In this document: in pieces, positions 61,887 to 64,000 of the stretch
Position numbering within the stretch: position 1 is the stretch's first letter
Layout: each line of letters starts with the position of its first letter
Assembly: GCA_965198235.1 (NCBI GenBank)
Contig: OZ240248.1
Location: 4,512,001-4,576,000, forward strand
DNA length: 64,000 nt
Direction of reading: 5' to 3'
From: Candidatus Poribacteria bacterium
Lineage (GTDB): Bacteria; Poribacteria; WGA-4E; WGA-3G
Notes under the pieces: model-generated
The model's input: only the letters and a program-made list of their open reading frames with translations
The model's database searches: none
What the model was told of the DNA's origin: nothing
Program-made: the position numbers and the translations under genes

Positions 61887-62084
61887 ATGATTTCAAATAC
61901 GGATTGGAGAATTTTAGAGCAAACGAACCGGATGCTGGCATTGAGTTGGGAGGCACTCAGACGGGCGCGCGCAAGTGGAGATACACACGCAATCAAGATG
62001 GCTGAAATGAGTTATTTTCAGGCATTGCAAGGTGTGATCGTAGCGACACAAAACGCCGTCGCTCAGAATGCGGTATCACAGTAA
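61887..62084 (+). CDS. Small helical hypothetical protein
   Basis: Strong SD gggagg; follows the RHH gene on the same strand. Confidence 0.6.
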   Translation: MISNTDWRILEQTNRMLALSWEALRRARASGDTHAIKMAEMSYFQALQGVIVATQNAVAQNAVSQ

Positions 62085-62193
62085 AGGGGCGTAGTCGTCT
62101 TCGGGATTTTTGTATACTGTTTTAAAGTTGCGATCAGGGGAACTACATAATTGTTGTTCCCCTATACTTTCTGTTGTTGATGAAAAACGGCTT

Positions 62194-62287
62194 AAAATCC
62201 GCGTCCTCCGCGTCATCCGTGTAATTCGAGATTCAGACGATGAAAACGGCACCCAATTCTACCATCCTAAAATCCTGATTCAGACAC
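62194..62287. repeat. 9-nt-period repeat element ending in GATTCAGAC (two units)
   Basis: aatccgcgt-cctccgcgt-catccgtgt-aattcgagattcagac ... atcctaaaatcctgattcagac. Confidence 0.55.
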
Positions 62288-62329
62288 TTAATCTTTAGTA
62301 CAATAGATTAACGCGCTTATTGTGGCCGC

Positions 62330-63397
62330 TTACACCTTCTTAATTCCTATTCTTTTCTCTATTTTCTCCGCCAAAATCTTGAAATCTTGGCGTGCAGTAT
62401 TAGCAGCGGCTGCGTGACTGCCGAAGGCACCATCTGCTGTGGTGAGATGAAAAATCGGTTTACGTTTTTCTTGTGCCATAGGAATGAGACTACGGTAGTG
62501 CTTAAGGGTGGCGAGGGAATTTTCGAGATCCTTTTTCGGAGTCGCAGCATAGGGACCTATTCGATTTCCTAGGAGATTCCGAGCGTATTCTTTAGGCATC
62601 CGATTAACCCATTTATCGTAAGCTTTAACAGGGCGTTCTAAACGCACCCCGTGTTGCTGCATTATGTACCCGATAGGTTTCATACCCCCTTTTGGAAGGG
62701 GAAAATTTGGCACATTCTTGTTATCTTGTTTGCGTTGCCAATCCGACCAGTTGTCCCGCCTGCGTTGCCAATCCTCTCGCCACCGCTCGAGGGTTGGACC
62801 CAGGTTTTGCAGCCCACGGAGCGAAAATAGATCTGTTCCAAGCGGAACCACAACGTAATCGCTTGCAATCAATGCTGAGCGGTTGATAGCACCCAAATTG
62901 GGACCAACATCAGCTAAAATAATTGAGGCATTCATTTCCGTAGCACTTTGCTGCATAATAGTTGAAAATGCCGTTAGTATTCTGAAGGACCTGTGAAGAC
63001 TGGTGGATCCCATGGCGTTTGGCCATTCATTAGATAGGGTGTCCTCAAATTCTGCGAGTGCTAAGTCGCCCGGAATCAATCTTAGGTCACTCCGCCCGAA
63101 GTCCAATTGCCATAAAATTGATTGTAGATACGGCAAGTGCAGATCACCAACTTCTATTAGCGGTTTCACACATTGGAAGATTGTGCTTCTAGAAGCAGAA
63201 ACAGCATTACTTTCGTCCCAGAGGCTTTCCAAACGTTCCTCGTCCAAAAACGCAGCGGTAAGATTGGCCTGCGGGTCAAGATCGCAGGCAAGCACTCGAT
63301 GTCCGAGGTCGTGTAGCATCCATGCAAGATGGTAGACGAGCGATGTCTTACCAACACCACCTTTGTTGTTGAAGAAAGTTAGAACTGGGACAGGCAT
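62330..63397 (-). CDS. ParA/Soj-family ATPase (long, non-partitioning type)
   Basis: FNNKGGVGKTS, D.DPQANLT and D.GPNLGAINRSAL motifs. Confidence 0.88.
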   Translation of the reverse strand: MPVPVLTFFNNKGGVGKTSLVYHLAWMLHDLGHRVLACDLDPQANLTAAFLDEERLESLWDESNAVSASRSTIFQCVKPLIEVGDLHLPYLQSILWQLDFGRSDLRLIPGDLALAEFEDTLSNEWPNAMGSTSLHRSFRILTAFSTIMQQSATEMNASIILADVGPNLGAINRSALIASDYVVVPLGTDLFSLRGLQNLGPTLERWREDWQRRRDNWSDWQRKQDNKNVPNFPLPKGGMKPIGYIMQQHGVRLERPVKAYDKWVNRMPKEYARNLLGNRIGPYAATPKKDLENSLATLKHYRSLIPMAQEKRKPIFHLTTADGAFGSHAAAANTARQDFKILAEKIEKRIGIKKV

Positions 63398-63411
63398 TGT
63401 CAGAGAATCTC

Positions 63412-64000
63412 CTACTTTTGTGCTGATTTTATGGTTACTTTCACGAAATTATCAAGAATTTCAAATTCTGGTTCAGGATGCCCTGCCTTTTGCAGCAGAT
63501 TTCTAGTTATCTGTATTCCGCTGCCAAACTTCTGGACATAACCAAGGACTCTCATCGCTTCTGCCAGATTTGGATTGCGATAATCAATCAAATGGGGCTT
63601 ACCAAAATTTTCTGCTGTTATCGCGCCAAAAGCACCGCCGGGGCTTAAAACTTCAACATGGTCACTGAACCAGTAAACATGAACGGGGGCGTTGGTCCCT
63701 TCATAAGTTCTATGCATAACAGCGTTCCGGATGATTTGTTGCAACGCTGGAATAGGATAGAGCTCTGTACGTTGTTCGATAGAGCTACTCGTAAAATCAA
63801 CTGCCGTGCGGTTATGTGCTATCAGTTTATTATCCAGACGGTGGAGAATGTCAGGGATCGTCCCTCTGATCCCCTCGCTGTCAAGAATGTCGTTATCGTC
63901 TATCAGCTGAATATTATCAATTCTGAGAAATTGCACATAAGCTCCTGGAAGAAAATCCTGTGGGTTTTTGCCGAGTACCAAAATTCCCATCACAGTCGCG
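63412..64000 (-). CDS. RecG-C/HATPase_c_4 domain protein (AlbA_2-associated ATP-binding family), 5' end outside the window
   Basis: YP..AL....NA..HR.Y, SPGG, RNP.LA..M..LGYV.K.GSGI motifs. Confidence 0.8.
   Translation of the reverse strand, partial: ATVMGILVLGKNPQDFLPGAYVQFLRIDNIQLIDDNDILDSEGIRGTIPDILHRLDNKLIAHNRTAVDFTSSSIEQRTELYPIPALQQIIRNAVMHRTYEGTNAPVHVYWFSDHVEVLSPGGAFGAITAENFGKPHLIDYRNPNLAEAMRVLGYVQKFGSGIQITRNLLQKAGHPEPEFEILDNFVKVTIKSAQK

Overview
Bacterial chromosomal window, most likely Candidatus Poribacteria or a similar sponge-symbiont lineage. This is an inference from the secreted LamG/DUF1080-like proteins ending in KLxTTWGxLK, the TPR/WD40 expansions, a sulfatase-like protein and a PhyH dioxygenase. 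It is mostly housekeeping genes: a long minus-strand block (rpsF-ssb-rpsR-rplI-dnaB-mlaEFD-radA-PIN/TRAM-ispD-ispF-cysS-two lipoproteins-dprA-tsaD-tsaC) plus leuB, ychF, tyrA-cmk-plsC, argH-pyrF, glcB and thiC. Accessory genes include a TonB-dependent receptor with an internally deleted paralog and two methyltransferases, a TPR-TPR-WD40/trypsin cluster, several broken toxin-antitoxin modules and a ParA/AlbA-like pair at the right edge. Intergenic DNA is rich in small repeats. The most notable signal is a ~60-nt structured element with a covarying stem and conserved loop (5 copies); in 4 copies its conserved end lies exactly 6 nt before the native ATG of an unrelated gene (cysS, radA, mlaF, an oxidoreductase). 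Other notable items: an IscB/IsrB-like IS200/IS605 remnant inside the S6-ssb-S18 operon; two 122-bp MITEs with 5-bp target duplications whose ends match an IS701-like remnant; an RHH gene with 8-bp-phased CATGT operator repeats; and a thiC leader without a recognisable TPP riboswitch. No tRNA, rRNA or CRISPR array was seen. All family calls are by-eye motif recognition, not database results.
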